Assembly: GCA_973895155.1 (NCBI GenBank) | Contig: OZ316893.1 | Location: 15,406,645-15,470,644, forward strand | Length of the DNA stretch: 64,000 nucleotides | Direction of reading: 5' to 3' | Source of the DNA: Marsupella aquatica | Taxonomy: Eukaryota > Plantae > Marchantiophyta | In this document: positions 12,980 to 25,089 of the stretch, piece after piece | Position numbering within the stretch: position 1 is the first letter of the stretch | Layout: every line of letters starts with the position of its first letter | Notes under the pieces: model-generated | Database searches by the model: none | Told to the model about the DNA's origin: nothing | What the model saw: only the letters and a program-made list of their open reading frames with translations | Translations under genes and position numbers: made by a program

Positions 12980-13950
12980 TCTTTAACCATCCCCGTAACC
13001 ATCTTTCCAACCATATCCTGTCAACTTCCACTCCCTTGCTGCACATGTGGAGATACCCTGTTTTTCCAAGTAAGTTTCAGACAAAGGCAAATCTCCAACC
13101 AGATCTTGCTTTGATACCAAACTCCGAAATTCTAACCGTCCTGCTCCTTCTCCACGTACTGAGTACCTGTCTTCCAGATTTGCCTGCTTACAATACCTCG
13201 AACAGTACACCAGAGCTTCATAAGTATCCCACTGCCTCTGGTAAAGGGTGCCCCAAAATACATGCACAACATCATAATGAAAGGGCAGAAAACAATTTTT
13301 TTTAAGGCCGGCTGCATTAGGAGTGCACACCAGACCCAGATTTGTTGAGAAATAGGACACTCCCACTGACAATGCAGAATATCTTCATGACAGATATATC
13401 ACACCAAAGGCACCACCAGAATTCATCATTCCAAACAAATGGTATAATAGAACCATCTTCATGATGACTTTTCTACCAATATAATGCTTTGTGGTATTCA
13501 GTTGATGAGTTAATTGCCAAAGGAAGTGGTTAATCTTTTCTTCTCTGTAAGGTTTCCAAACATTACCCCAGATAATGCAATCCAAGGGACAGAATGAACC
13601 TCTATTCTTCACTTGCTGATCCCCACCCTCTGCCCTTGACGTCATATCAATGTTACAGAAGTTTGCAAATACTGGCCGTCGAGACACAATAGAAATCCTT
13701 CCCATCCAACCAATGAAAATGAGTGGACACACCTGTTTCAGAATTGTTAGATCCTTTAAGACCGATTCCTGACTTATGCGAAAGCCAATCCTTGCCCTTA
13801 CCAGCCACCAAGCAATGTAGCCAATTGCCATCCACTTGCAACTGAATCAATAGATCTTCTGAAGGACACATTTTATTCCAAATTACAAAGGTTTCTACAA
13901 GGAGTTTGTTGAATCTCAACTGTCCTTCAAGTCACGATCAGAAATCAGAA
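12980..13950 (-). mobile_element. Decayed non-LTR retrotransposon (L1-like ORF2 C-terminus, zf-RVT region)
   Basis: WGNVWKPYREEKINHFLWQLTHQLNT resembles the zf-RVT consensus W..IWK....KI..FLW.L....L.T; downstream DVVHVFW resembles E...H.F; many stops and frameshifts. Confidence 0.55.
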
Positions 13951-14245
13951 TCTCACACAAGGTTACCTTTTTGAATCGACATAGTGGATAACAGTACCTG
14001 TTTTTCAATTTCCGTAACATCAACTGTAGCCATCCATGTTTTAGTGTGCTTCATTTTACTCTTTGTTGGTGATTTATTTCATTGAAACTGAAGTAGGAAG
14101 GACCACATTGTTCCCATGTATCACATTTTGGAGTTTTGGGCTTATAAGTTTATGATTATGAGTCTTAACATAATTTTTAATTTTTCACGTGCAAGGCACC
14201 TACAAAAGGAGGAGACGTGACAAAAACATAAGCCCTAATAATTTA

Positions 14246-14531
14246 CTCGGGGGGTTCACTTAGTGTATATTTTGGGGTACCACGTGCGATCCTAGCCTAA
14301 TATAAGCACACCTATTTTATAATGGGAATATTCAAAAAAAATTCTTTATTTTCAATATTAAAGACCTATTTTACTTTATAAAAAATATATATTAGAAAAT
14401 ATTCTACAAATATGGGTTTATCATACCTTATTTTGCTTCCTACGTTTTTAAAAAATTTAGCTAATTTCTATGGAAAATACCTATTTTGGATCGCACGTGG
14501 TTCCTAAGATTTTTGATAGTCAACCCCCAAG
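14246..14531 (+). mobile_element. MITE, family A copy 2
   Basis: TIRs CTCGGGGGGTT / AACCCCCAAG; perfect 8-bp TSD ATAATTTA (14238-14245, 14532-14539). Confidence 0.95.
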
Positions 14532-15823
14532 ATAATTTATATTAACGTTATGGTAGTTTGGGTGTTTTTTAGTGTTTTGGGGCTTTAGCCTGATGACACG
14601 TTAGCATATTTGACCTTGATTATTTTCCATTACACTATATCATATTTTCATATGGTTGACATATGGTCTCCATTACATGAAACAACAGGGCTATTCAGCT
14701 CTTCCCATGGGGACCGAGGTATCCAACTCATCCACTCACCTGGCCCAAATCCATGGCCGCGTCAAGATGTCACTTGCCTATCCAACGATTAATGCGTGCC
14801 AACTGTACTTTTCCTTGCTTAAACCGTTGGTATCGTATTACGGGGTCGTGGAGGGACGCTATTTGGAGGATTTCCACACCTAAGGATGAGTATGTTTGAT
14901 TCCGCTCCCGGAAGTGTACTTTTTGATCAAGTCTACCGACTGGTCTCTCCGTTTTTGATCAAGTCCAAGGGACTGGTCCTACCATCTACAACTCATGCCC
15001 ACCGGGTGAGTGCTGTCACCACCCCCCTCCTCTCTTGGGCAAGCATACCAACATTTACAATAAGATTTGAACACTAATGACAAGGGCAAATGTTTCCACA
15101 ACGACACCGACCACACGCACTAGGGGAGGAAAACAAACAACACAAGCAACAACAAGTGACACACAAAATATTGGAACCTCAAGCCAAATCCATATCTCTT
15201 GGTGTTTCTCATAACACATGCAAGGGCAACCCGGCCTCCTGCCGTCTGCCCAACTCCTGCCTCCCGGGGACAAGTGCTACGTTCTCCACCTCACTACTCT
15301 GTCTTGAACTTCTCCTAATCGGTGCGCTCCTCACAAAAGCTACTCCAAAGCATCCAAGTACTACGTTGAGTTCCCCCCCACTACTCTGGGGCTCTCCCCC
15401 TAAATACCAAAAAACACACCAAAGCACCCCTCACGGGGCCACAACGATGGCGGCTTACCCTAGCGGCGCCGCTAAACCCTTCACTAAGAAACCCCTAAAC
15501 TAAAACCATGCGGCACACACATGCGTCTAAAACCCTAAACCCTAAACTAACAATGGGGCCGACGGTGCCTTCGACGGTGCCCCAACGTTACTCCGTGAAC
15601 CGTGAAATTGCAAGGAACCCCACAATGGCCGAAGCTAGGCGCCTCTCCACTTGCACTTCTGAGTTCACCCCTGGATAGCTCTCCTCCTCCTGATCACGAA
15701 TCACTCAACCGCTCACTAAACGGACATTGGACGACCAAGTTATGACCGTTTCCGTATCCCGTAAACACAACTTCGCCGGGCCATAACCTGCTCATCCTGG
15801 CTCCGTTTGAGGAGCGCCGCCTC

Positions 15824-16255
15824 TTGTTGGAATCAGCTCCGCGAGCTCTTTCCAATGGGCCCTTGTTGGATGGAGCCAAGAAGAGTCAGGAGAAGAGCAA
15901 GGGCTTGGAGAAGAAGCTCCGGGAGGTACGGAAATCATTACGGGAGGCTCAGGTCAGTACAGGGATGCCACCCAGGTCTGTCACCCCCGGGACTCCCATG
16001 GCCACAGGGCAAGTTCTACCGTTGGAGTTGCGGTCCGGAGAAGAGGCTACCCTATGGAAGGACACCATTGGTGAGGGGTACATTAAAGCATGGCAGGCCT
16101 TGGCCAATTTGAGAAAGCAGGGGAGCACTAGCACAAGGAGTACCCCGGTAAAGAAGAAGAGAAGTGAAGTGGCACTCACTCCAGTGGAGAGTGATGAGGA
16201 GGCCCACTCACGGGGCTCAAGCCAGGGCACCGTGAGTGAAGAGGAGGAGGATTAG
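15824..16255 (+). CDS. Hypothetical charged/coiled-coil ORF inside the retroelement-like block
   Basis: 143-aa ORF with EKKLREVRKSLRE, a PVKKKR NLS-like motif and an acidic tail; no family recognised. Confidence 0.3.
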   Translation: MLESAPRALSNGPLLDGAKKSQEKSKGLEKKLREVRKSLREAQVSTGMPPRSVTPGTPMATGQVLPLELRSGEEATLWKDTIGEGYIKAWQALANLRKQGSTSTRSTPVKKKRSEVALTPVESDEEAHSRGSSQGTVSEEEED

Positions 16256-16328
16256 AGTGGTCGTACGGACGTGGTTGTACGGCTCCTGGACTTTCCAACT
16301 TTTTTGTGAGGGGTCACTCACGGGCTTG

Positions 16329-17783
16329 TTACTTCCCACTAACCTCCTTCACCACCATCTCAATAGCCTGGGAGATCAAATCCGGAGAAAGTGTGGAGCT
16401 AGGAGTGCCGGGGCTCTTCCGTTTCCCCAGACTCAAGGCCTCACTCCTCTTTGCTCGTGTCTCAAAGGCGGCCACCTGACTCCGTAGTGCTCCCACCTGG
16501 TTTCTCCACTCCACCACTTCTCCAGAATTCTGCTTCTCTTTGGCCAATGCTTGTCTCAATGCTCCCACCTCTTCTGCTTCCTTGGCCTTGGTGGACAAGG
16601 CTCCCTTCAAGTTGGAGATCTCTACGTGAGCTGCTTGGAGAAGCTTAACCTTCTCATGAATGGTCTCCTCCTTGGCCTTGATCACCTCCTTCAGAGACAG
16701 GGTACTCTGCTCTAACGTCTCTACTCTGGCTGTGGTGTGCTTGAGAGAATCTCTCAATGCGTGGACTAGCTTGAGTCCCTCATGGACTCCCTCTCTGAAA
16801 TCCCGTAGCTCTGCCAGGTAAACATCCGGAATGTTGTAGGCCAGGGGCTCTTTCGGATCTCCCACGAGTGATTCAAGCCACTCCAATGTGTAGTCCTCAT
16901 CCTGGTTTTCTTCTCCTCTATCTTCATCCCCACCAGCCGACGATGATTCCTTCGTGAGCTTCCCTATAACGGTAGTGGCAATACTCCGGATCTCCGTGGT
17001 GAGAGATGATTCCGTGTCTTCCTGTCCCGGGGAACCAATCAACCCTTCTGCCCTGGCCAATACAAATGACCCCATCAAATGTACAGCCCCACCTGGTTTC
17101 ACACTCCCGAGGTCAGCGGCCAACAACTTCTTCAACCCGTAGTACCACCATCCGTACACATGGGCTGGGTGGTTCTTGATGTCCATAGCTACCACGAAAT
17201 GTTCTTCATTCACCACCCCTGATTGCACGTTGCCAAGGACCCGTTGATGAACCTTGGCCAGGAATCCCTTATACTCAACATCCTTGACAGCGGAAAGAGG
17301 GATGGCAGTGGTGGAGGTGGGATTAATCACCCAAGTGGCCACCATCTTCAACGTGAGTTCTCCCCTGATGTGCCGAGGTGTGAATGAGAATTTCTAATTC
17401 TCCAGAAACAGCAGCCTAGCCAACTCTACATGGGGCACTACACGTTTGAGACATTCAAAGTAGATTCCCTCCGTTCGTAACTCCATCCCGGCCTCAATGT
17501 CCCAGCTCTTCCCCGGGGGGATGGTAATCTCCACCTTCATGAATTCTGTAACCCCGGTGGCTTGGAAAATATTCCGACAATCCTCCATCACCTTGGCGGA
17601 GGTCTTGGGATAAATTCGAAGAAAAATCCTCCTACCCACCGGCGTGGAACCTGCTGCCAATCCCGTGCTCATCGTAGCTTCTCTCTCTTCTCTCTCCCTT
17701 GAAATCAAAGTCTCCACGTAGTCACGGTAAGCAGCCTTGTATCTCCGAATGCGTGCCACACTGAACTCCGGTTGATCTAGCAT
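16329..17783 (-). pseudogene. Element-borne orphan ORF, probably one frameshifted reading frame (17394-17783 plus 16329-17351) with a C-terminal coiled coil
   Basis: ORFs of 129 aa and 340 aa lie 42 bp apart on the same strand; heptad-rich LKEVIKAKEETIHEKVKLL...; resembles accessory ORFs of plant gypsy elements. Confidence 0.45.
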
Positions 17784-18149
17784 TTATGCATCCCGAAATC
17801 AAATCCTCAATCACCAAATCCTGTCACCCGTAGCAATGTCAATTCCCTGGCCCGAAACAGCCCCCGCATCCCGATCAATCGATTGCTCTCAATTCCCCCA
17901 GAAGCCACTCGTGCTGCTGCCGCTAATGCCCGGAAGAATCAGGCCACCAAGCCCCACCAATCTACCATGAGAGAGAGCTTCAAAAATAATTAGAAGGTGA
18001 GAGCTTTCGGCAAGGTGTTGGGAGAGAACTTCGAGTTTTGCTTTCGGCCAGGAGAGGGTCGTGCAAAAGAGGGAGAAAAGAAGGGAAGAAAAAAAACAAA
18101 AAATTCCCCCCCGACACCTCCTTTCGCCTTGCGCCCCGGGCCCTCCTTC

Positions 18150-18490
18150 GCCTGGCTCGCGGGAGCCCTAAATGCCCTGGGCACGCAGCCCTATGGGCTC
18201 GCCCCGGCCACCTGCCATCTCACTTTTCTCGCGGGAGTCCCGGCTGCGCTCGCCCCGATGCCCCCCTTCGCCACTCGCGGGAGCACTTAGTGCTCGGCTA
18301 TTCGTGGTTCAAACGGGGGATTTAATTCCCCCCGACAGCCCTCTTTCGCTGGGCTCGCGGGAGCCCTTAAATGCCCTGGGCACGCAGCCCTATGGGCTCG
18401 CCCCGGCCATCCCTCGTAGCGCCCTCTTTTGCCTGGCTCGCGGGAGCCCTAAATGCCCTGGGCACGCAGCCCTATGGGCTCACGGGAGGG
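18150..18490. repeat. GC-rich ~55-bp repeat, three copies
   Basis: CTCGCGGGAGCCCTAAATGCCCTGGGCACGCAGCCCTATGGGCTC at ~18156, ~18354 and ~18437. Confidence 0.9.
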
Positions 18491-19478
18491 TTTTAATACC
18501 CCCCCTTTACTCCTCGGCTGCGGCCCGGCTGCCCTTGCCCTGCTCGCGGGAGCCCTTTCCTGGGGATTCCACGTGGCGGCCCTAGGGCTGCCCCTTATGG
18601 GCCCTTAAGTGCTCGCCCTCTGCCAGGCCACTTTAAGGGGTATTTAACCCCCCTCTGCGACCTTCCTGCACCGGCCTCCCTACTTGGTACTCGTGGTGCC
18701 CCTTAAGGGGGAATTTTAATTTCTCCCCCACCCTCGGCTGCTCGCTTCCTTCAGCTCGCGGGGCTCCCCTCAAACGGGGGATTTAATCCCCCCCTACTTC
18801 TCCTGAACGCGGCCCTATGCAGGGCTCGCGACAGCCTCCTCCCTGTCCAGCCTGGCTTCGGCTGCCCATAAAAAAAACTTCCCCCTAATCACACTGCCGG
18901 GGTCACCTCTACTCAAAAACTTCCTTGCTCCCGGTCCTGTTTTATTTCTTCTTCCCACCAACCTTGCTATTGAGTTCTCTAAAAATGGCCCTAAAATAAT
19001 GGGGAGTCCCCCAAAGGCAGGGCCCTCCGCCCAACATAATTGCAGAACAATTAGGGGATAAAAATAAATATAGTTCTTCGGTCACAGGTGATAGAATTAA
19101 CTTAAAAAAATTGAAAAAATGGTTATTTACAATTGTTATTTACACTGCGCGACACTCCGCGACCAAGTTATTCATGATTTTATGTGACGGGGACCCCGTC
19201 ACACAAGACAATACTACAGAAATTCAAAAACTTCAAAGGAGAAAGTCCCACGATGGGGAGCAAAAATTTATTCACAATTGAATCAATTACATGAGTGTGA
19301 GCTCTCCATGAGCGAGTGAGTTCTATCGACTAGACACCTCACAATCAATCTATAATCTTCATAATCCTACACTATGCAAAACTGTCAAATACTACAGACT
19401 GAGAACTAACTACACAGTCAAATGCTCTAAAATAAATTCTGAAGCACAATCGAAAGCTCTAAAATAATCTCTGAAACT

Positions 19479-22400
19479 TTACATGAACAATGCTTGTGTC
19501 ACACATTCACTCAATTTGTCAGCCTTCAAATGCTGATATATATTGACAATGCAATTATTAAGAGAACCAATGTGTCCGAGCACTGCATGGACTGGATTTA
19601 TCAGATTATGAGGTCCGGAACTGAGAGCATCCCAATCCGTAAGGTCGTCGTAGTCTTCCCAGTTCACATGATCATCCCAGGCATTCAAGTCATTCATATT
19701 TGGTAGCACAACTTCAACTCCTACAACATTGCCAGAAGGTGCAACCTCATTGGTAATTGAAGGCTCCTCCTGCATTCATGGCATTACACAGTCAATAACA
19801 CAGTTAATAACACAGTCAATAACGGGCAACTTCCATAATAAGACACTACAACAATTCTAAACTGTCTAGTTGAAAATCGTACCTGCGTCAAAGTCTCAAG
19901 CGATGGGATGCTACTTTCGTTCATTGTAGTGTCCTTGACTTCATCCAACACATCCATGTTGCCCGCCATGCTATTGGTTGAGTCTGTTTAATGCACCATC
20001 CAGTCTTCAATTGCATATATAAGGACTCAATGAATAGAATTCAATCATGCAAAACTAGACAGTCAATCGCAAATAAGCAAGAGAAAGTTTTCACCGTGCT
20101 GTCCTTTGCTCTTCGTCAAAGGTGACAAATCATCGTCGTCCTCATTCCCTGCACTGACTTTGTTCTTGAATAATTTTGTCTCCTCCTCATCATCATATCA
20201 TATGTGCTCCCTTCTCCAACACAACGTTGAAATGCTCTGACTTGTGCATCCAACAACCTATCATATCCGTTGTATACTCCTTGGCTTTTGTGGCCAGTGA
20301 CACGCATATGAATGGGCGCAGGGACACCCTCAGACGCCATGCGTGTGACACAAGTAGTGCCGCCAGATTTGTAATGATGTACATTAGTTAGAAATGTTGG
20401 AAATTTTATAAATTTTAAACTTTTTCTAACTCAAGGTACAATCTAGTTACCTTTTGTAGCAATTTAGATCAACTGAACACTTTACCTAATGTTATGCTTC
20501 ATCGGAGGCTATTGCCTATATTGGACAAGGATCGCCAATATAAATTCTTGCTCTTTACATGCTACCAAGAAAGAAGACTGGACATCATTGGAGAAGCAAT
20601 GCAGACTAGAAGATTCAAGAACTGGCCTCCAAAACACTTCTTCAACAAGAATGAGCTCTGTATACAATTATCACAATCAGCCGATCTATGCTATTTTAGT
20701 TAAATAGCTATCATGGTCAGAAAAGTCTCATACTTTTTCAGGAGGTAGTAGTTGCGTAGTAGAATCATCCCTGCAAATTTCATCTCAAACCGACATGTGG
20801 TTTGAAAGTTAGAATTAATTTAGTTTTGCTGTTTTTTGCATAGCCGCGACTTCGCCGACGCTTTGTGAAGCGTCCCTTGTATTTTTGGACGCTTTGAAAA
20901 GCGTCCACCCAAGACCACGACGCTTTTTGAAGCGTCCACCACCCAACCAGTTGTACTCCGACGCTCTGCAATCCACATGAGGAGCGACGCCCACAGAAGC
21001 ATCTGCTACCCCGGCAGCGACATCGACACTGCGACGCCCACTGAAGCGTCGCACCCGAAGACCAGAAGACGGACGCTGCGACCAAAACCTCAAAATTCAG
21101 CCGACGCTTTCTGAAGCGTCCACAAAAGTCCTTTGTAGTTTTGGACGCTTTCTGAAGCGTCCACTATGTTCCCGACACTTAGAAAAATTTTTAGTTTTCG
21201 CACTTTTATAACACCGCGCCACTTTTACCGATTTATTTGAGACACTTAGAGATCTCAGAAAAGTCTGAAACTTTGTCAGCATAGAGATTATATGTAGTAG
21301 AGTACCCTAGAAAAGTTTCAACTCATTCCGACTTTTAGTTTAAAAGTTAAAATTAGATTAAAATCACTATTTATTAGTTTTACCGCAAACACCGACGCTT
21401 TGCAAAGCGTCCGCTCAAACCTCGACGCTTTGAGAAGCGTCCCCTGCATTTTTGACACTTTCAGCAGTGTCCATTCACTTTTCAAGGATGACCGTCATTA
21501 AGTTTATTCAAGACCCTTTAGATATGAAAGGACATATCCTTTCAGTATCTCAGTCTCCTTGGGTTCCTGCTAGCCTATATGAAGTAGAATTTGTGTCATT
21601 TTCAAGTGTGAAGAAATAAAGTAGTGCCTGTGGCATGTGCTGCAGTACTGGAATCACCTTTGCTTGCAAATGCAAAAGGAATTCTTCTCCCTTCCTTGGT
21701 CTGAATGATTGAGAGTTTAGATCATTGAAGTAAAATTACTTGTATGAAGTTGAATCTCAGAAGTATGAGGGAATAGATTCCTTAAGTGGTGACAACCCAT
21801 CTTCTTGAGTTCTTGATGCATAGTTTTTGGCGTGACATTGCTTGTGCATGGGATGCAAAGATTGTTACTCACCAATTACCTGTGACTTCAATTTGATCAT
21901 GATGGTGTTTATTATTCGTGACTCAGAGTACCGACTGGATATCGAAGTGATTGATTACTAGTTTCTTCTGAGTACCTTTGGAAGGAAAAGTTGAGACGTG
22001 TTGACGGCATTTTAGTAATCATCCTAGTACAGTAAACCATTCCAGAAATGTTCTTACGGATATACCACCAGAATCACATCAAATGAAGTATTGATGAGAA
22101 GTTACCTTGGTGTTTTCCAGACTCCCTCATCATACCTCAAGATTTCATTGTGTTTTGTTATTTGTTTCCATTTTATTAATTGCATTTACAATGTTAAGCA
22201 AACATTCAAATCTATGCCTTGTTGAGCAACCATAGTAAAAGGCTCAAACCTGTGTTTTTGTTACCTTAGTCATTCATAAGTGTTAAAGGATAGAAAATCA
22301 TTCCTTTCTTGTTCTTCCATGGGATCGAATACCGAGTTTTGGATATTAAATGTTGATTTATGTCCTTAGTGCAATACTACAAGATTTGTTGGGCATATCA

Positions 22401-23550
22401 TTAGTTAGTAAATCACATTCTTTATGAATTCCATTCATGCAACCTGGCTGTGAGTCTCTTTGCTGACACACGAACTGTGGAGTACCATGCATGCATCCTT
22501 GCATTATCAATGCACTGATAGAATAAAAAGTATCTGATACTGGAAGATGCTCAATCAACGCTTGCAAGGTACTGACCATGTCTAAATCATGTTTAGTGAC
22601 TCCGCCAGTGATTGCTGATCTAATAAAAGTGTTCATCCTGGTAGCGAGCCATGGAAACTTTATAGTTTTTTGAGAGACGCTCATCATACCTGACTTACTT
22701 TCCAGCTTCATTTGTTCCAAAAGCAAATTCCTGCTTCTCCAAATTGTATAGCTCCTTTCCACCTCAAATTGCAAAATGACACAAAAGATAATAGACAGCT
22801 CTACGTTGCAGCCCTCTCGAATGTGAGGGGCTTGTGCAACCATTCGACAATATAGTCTCCTTGTCTGATAGAGTTATAATTGCAGCCTTCTTTCGAGGGA
22901 GGTTGGCACCTTGCCTCCGAGAGCGCTCCATGGCTGGCACACAGGATATACCAACCTGTTTGAACAAGGGGCAAGACCGCATAGAGAAAACTGGTTCATC
23001 TATACCTTTTTGTTGTACCCGAGATTCTTGCTTATGTCGTAGCATGCGATGGGAGGCCCTGAACAGGCCCATCAAAGTCTGGCTTGGGTATAGCTGGTCG
23101 TCTTTTTTCTTCACCTGCTCAAAAAACTTTGCGAGAAGCATGCTGCATTCGTGGGGCGAGAGTTCTTTGAAAGTTAGGGACAGATGCATCCATTCCCTTA
23201 AAGAGACAAAACTTATGAAGATGATTGCAGGCCCACTTGTCCACAGGTGCAAAAGGATTTGATCCACCCTCGGCAAGGGTTTGTTGGAAGGATTCATCTT
23301 CCTCTGGAAACTCAAAAGACGGTCCGCCTTTAACACTAACTCTTACCTGACTCGACACTGGACTAACATTAGCCAACGTAATGGAATCAAGATCATGGTG
23401 TAAAGTCTCAATGAGAGCATTTGTTTGTTGATCAATCTTTGGCTTTGAGGCAGCATCAACTGTTGAGCAGGCTGCTGAGGCAACATCGACTGCTGAGGCG
23501 GCAACATTGATTGCTAAGATCGTTGTCCCTCTAATGCTGCTAGGATTCAT
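19479..23550 (-). mobile_element. Decayed Crypton-like tyrosine recombinase (DUF3504-type) gene, interrupted at ~20400-22350
   Basis: Collinear motifs on the minus strand: KWACNHLHKF (23119-23550 ORF); LLAKFFEQVKKKDDQLYPSQTL; SRGLQRRAVYYLLCHFAI*GGKELYNL (TGA at 22764-22766 at the catalytic Arg position); YDERLSKNYK; MVSTLQALIEHLP..DTFY; then ITN/KSGGTTCVTRMASEGVPAPIHMRVTGHKSQGVYNGY (~20116-20380) and terminal SLNNCIVNIY (19479-19775 ORF). Confidence 0.8.
20857..21441. repeat. Array of ~8 short palindromes GACGCTT-N4-AAGCGTC
   Basis: Copies at about 20857, 20888, 20919, 21032 (variant), 21103, 21145, 21394 and 21424. Confidence 0.9.
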
Positions 23551-23916
23551 ATATATCTAAGACCATAGACGTCACTACCTCATTTAGAGTTGCTATGTCT
23601 GTTTTGAGTGATGCTAAGCCAATACCGAAACTCGAAGTGGCCATTCCCTGATATGAACGGCCATGTTTGCCAACGAGAATACATTAAGAACGATCTTAAT
23701 TACATTGTCAAGTCACTGATTACAAGATGGCGCTTGATAAGACCCGACATAATAACTACAAGATGGCGCTTGGCGGATTTTCGGGCAGAAGAAGCTCAAG
23801 AGCAACGTCGTCCAGATAAAGATGAGGATCGATTGGCACAAAAAACAAGCATAAACTCATGGACCAGCAGATCTCAAGTGATTGTCAAAAGTACAGGATC
23901 AATCATAGCTTCCATA

Positions 23917-24202
23917 CTCGGGGGTTAACTAAGTGTATATTTTGGGGTACCACGTGCGATCCTAGCCTAATATAAATAGACCTATTTTATAAAGAAAATA
24001 TCTCAAGAATATTCTCTATTTTTAATATTAATAACCTATTTTACTTTATAAAAAGTATATATTAGAGAATATTCTATGAACATGAGTTTATAATACCTCC
24101 TTTTGCCTCATACGCTTTTTAAAAATTTAGTTAATTCATATCAAAAATACCTATTTTGGATCGCACGTGGTTCCCAAGATTTTTGATAGTCAACCCCCCG
24201 AG
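23917..24202 (+). mobile_element. MITE, family A copy 3
   Basis: TIRs CTCGGGGGTT / AACCCCCCGAG; perfect 8-bp TSD CTTCCATA (23909-23916, 24203-24210); near-identical to copy 1. Confidence 0.95.
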
Positions 24203-24559
24203 CTTCCATATCGCAGCAACTCCATTCAACAATCAACAACAATTCATAAAATACAAAAGGCTGTGTCCTTACCATGATTGGACCAGGGTAGCGATTGACA
24301 GTAGCACCACACGCCAACACCAGCAGCTTCAATCAGCTTCAATCTCAACCTCCACCAGTAGATCACACCTTGACAGATCACATAGGACAAAGCACGGAGC
24401 ATAAACAGTCGACACACATCGCAGAGCACACGGCATGGAATGCAGACACAGAAGGCAGGCACGGAGAGCAAACACACAGCACAAAGTGATGATTCCAAAA
24501 AGAGTGTGGACAGAATGAGCATCAGGTGGACCCAGTCTGCCCTAATATAAGTTGCTTTG

Positions 24560-24856
24560 CTCGGGGGTCTCACTATATGGGGACCTCCCCATCGCCTGCG
24601 ACGTTTTTAGGCCTCGAAACCCCTAAAATGTAAGATTTAAAATTTTTTTTTTAACCCCTATAAAGTTGGAATATTTTTGGAATATTCTAAAAATTGGATT
24701 AAAAAGACCCTTATGTTCTTATAAGTCTCAAAATTGAATTTAAAAGATCCTATTGTTCTTCTACAAAAATTCTTAAGTTTTCCGTTAGAACCAATAAAAT
24801 GACCCTATGCTTCGTCGCACGTGATATGCCATTTTTGTGGAAGTGAAACACCCGAG
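24560..24856 (+). mobile_element. MITE, related family B
   Basis: TIRs CTCGGGGGTCTCACT / AGTGAAACACCCGAG; perfect 8-bp TSD TTGCTTTG (24552-24559, 24857-24864); interior differs from family A. Confidence 0.9.
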
Positions 24857-25007
24857 TTGCTTTGAACTCCAAGGGGTCATCTCGGTCGTCGATGACTTTT
24901 TGAATGACCACGATCAGTGATAGAATGTAGTACGGTGTCTTCCCAAAGTTGATTACTCAATGTTAAACCACCAAGACTACCTTAATGTGAAGATAAGGGC
25001 GCCTGCT

Positions 25008-25089
25008 TGTCTCTTTATGCGTGTATTTGGTCGACCGCATATGGTCACCCCGCATATGCGGGTCGACCAAAATACCTCATAAAGAGACA
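25008..25089. repeat. 82-bp near-perfect hairpin
   Basis: TGTCTCTTTATG..GTATTTGGTCGACCGCATATG / CATATGCGGGTCGACCAAAATAC..CATAAAGAGACA. Confidence 0.9.

Larger units (their letters stand above)
14540..19131. mobile_element. GC-rich retroelement-like block (possible Ty3/gypsy Tat/Ogre-type non-autonomous remnant); boundaries uncertain
   Basis: Abrupt rise in GC, intronless orphan ORFs, internal GC-rich tandem repeats and an LTR-like end ...AAAATGGTTATTTACA. No RT, RNase H or integrase motifs and no TSD found. Confidence 0.4.

Noticed and set aside
14026-19144. Single solo LTR with defined ends
   Set aside because: Candidate TG starts (14026, 14109, 14117) and CA ends (19131, 19144) gave no matching 4-6-bp TSD
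20857-21441. CRISPR array of palindromic repeats
   Set aside because: Repeats are only 18 bp with variable loops and irregular spacing (about 12-230 bp)
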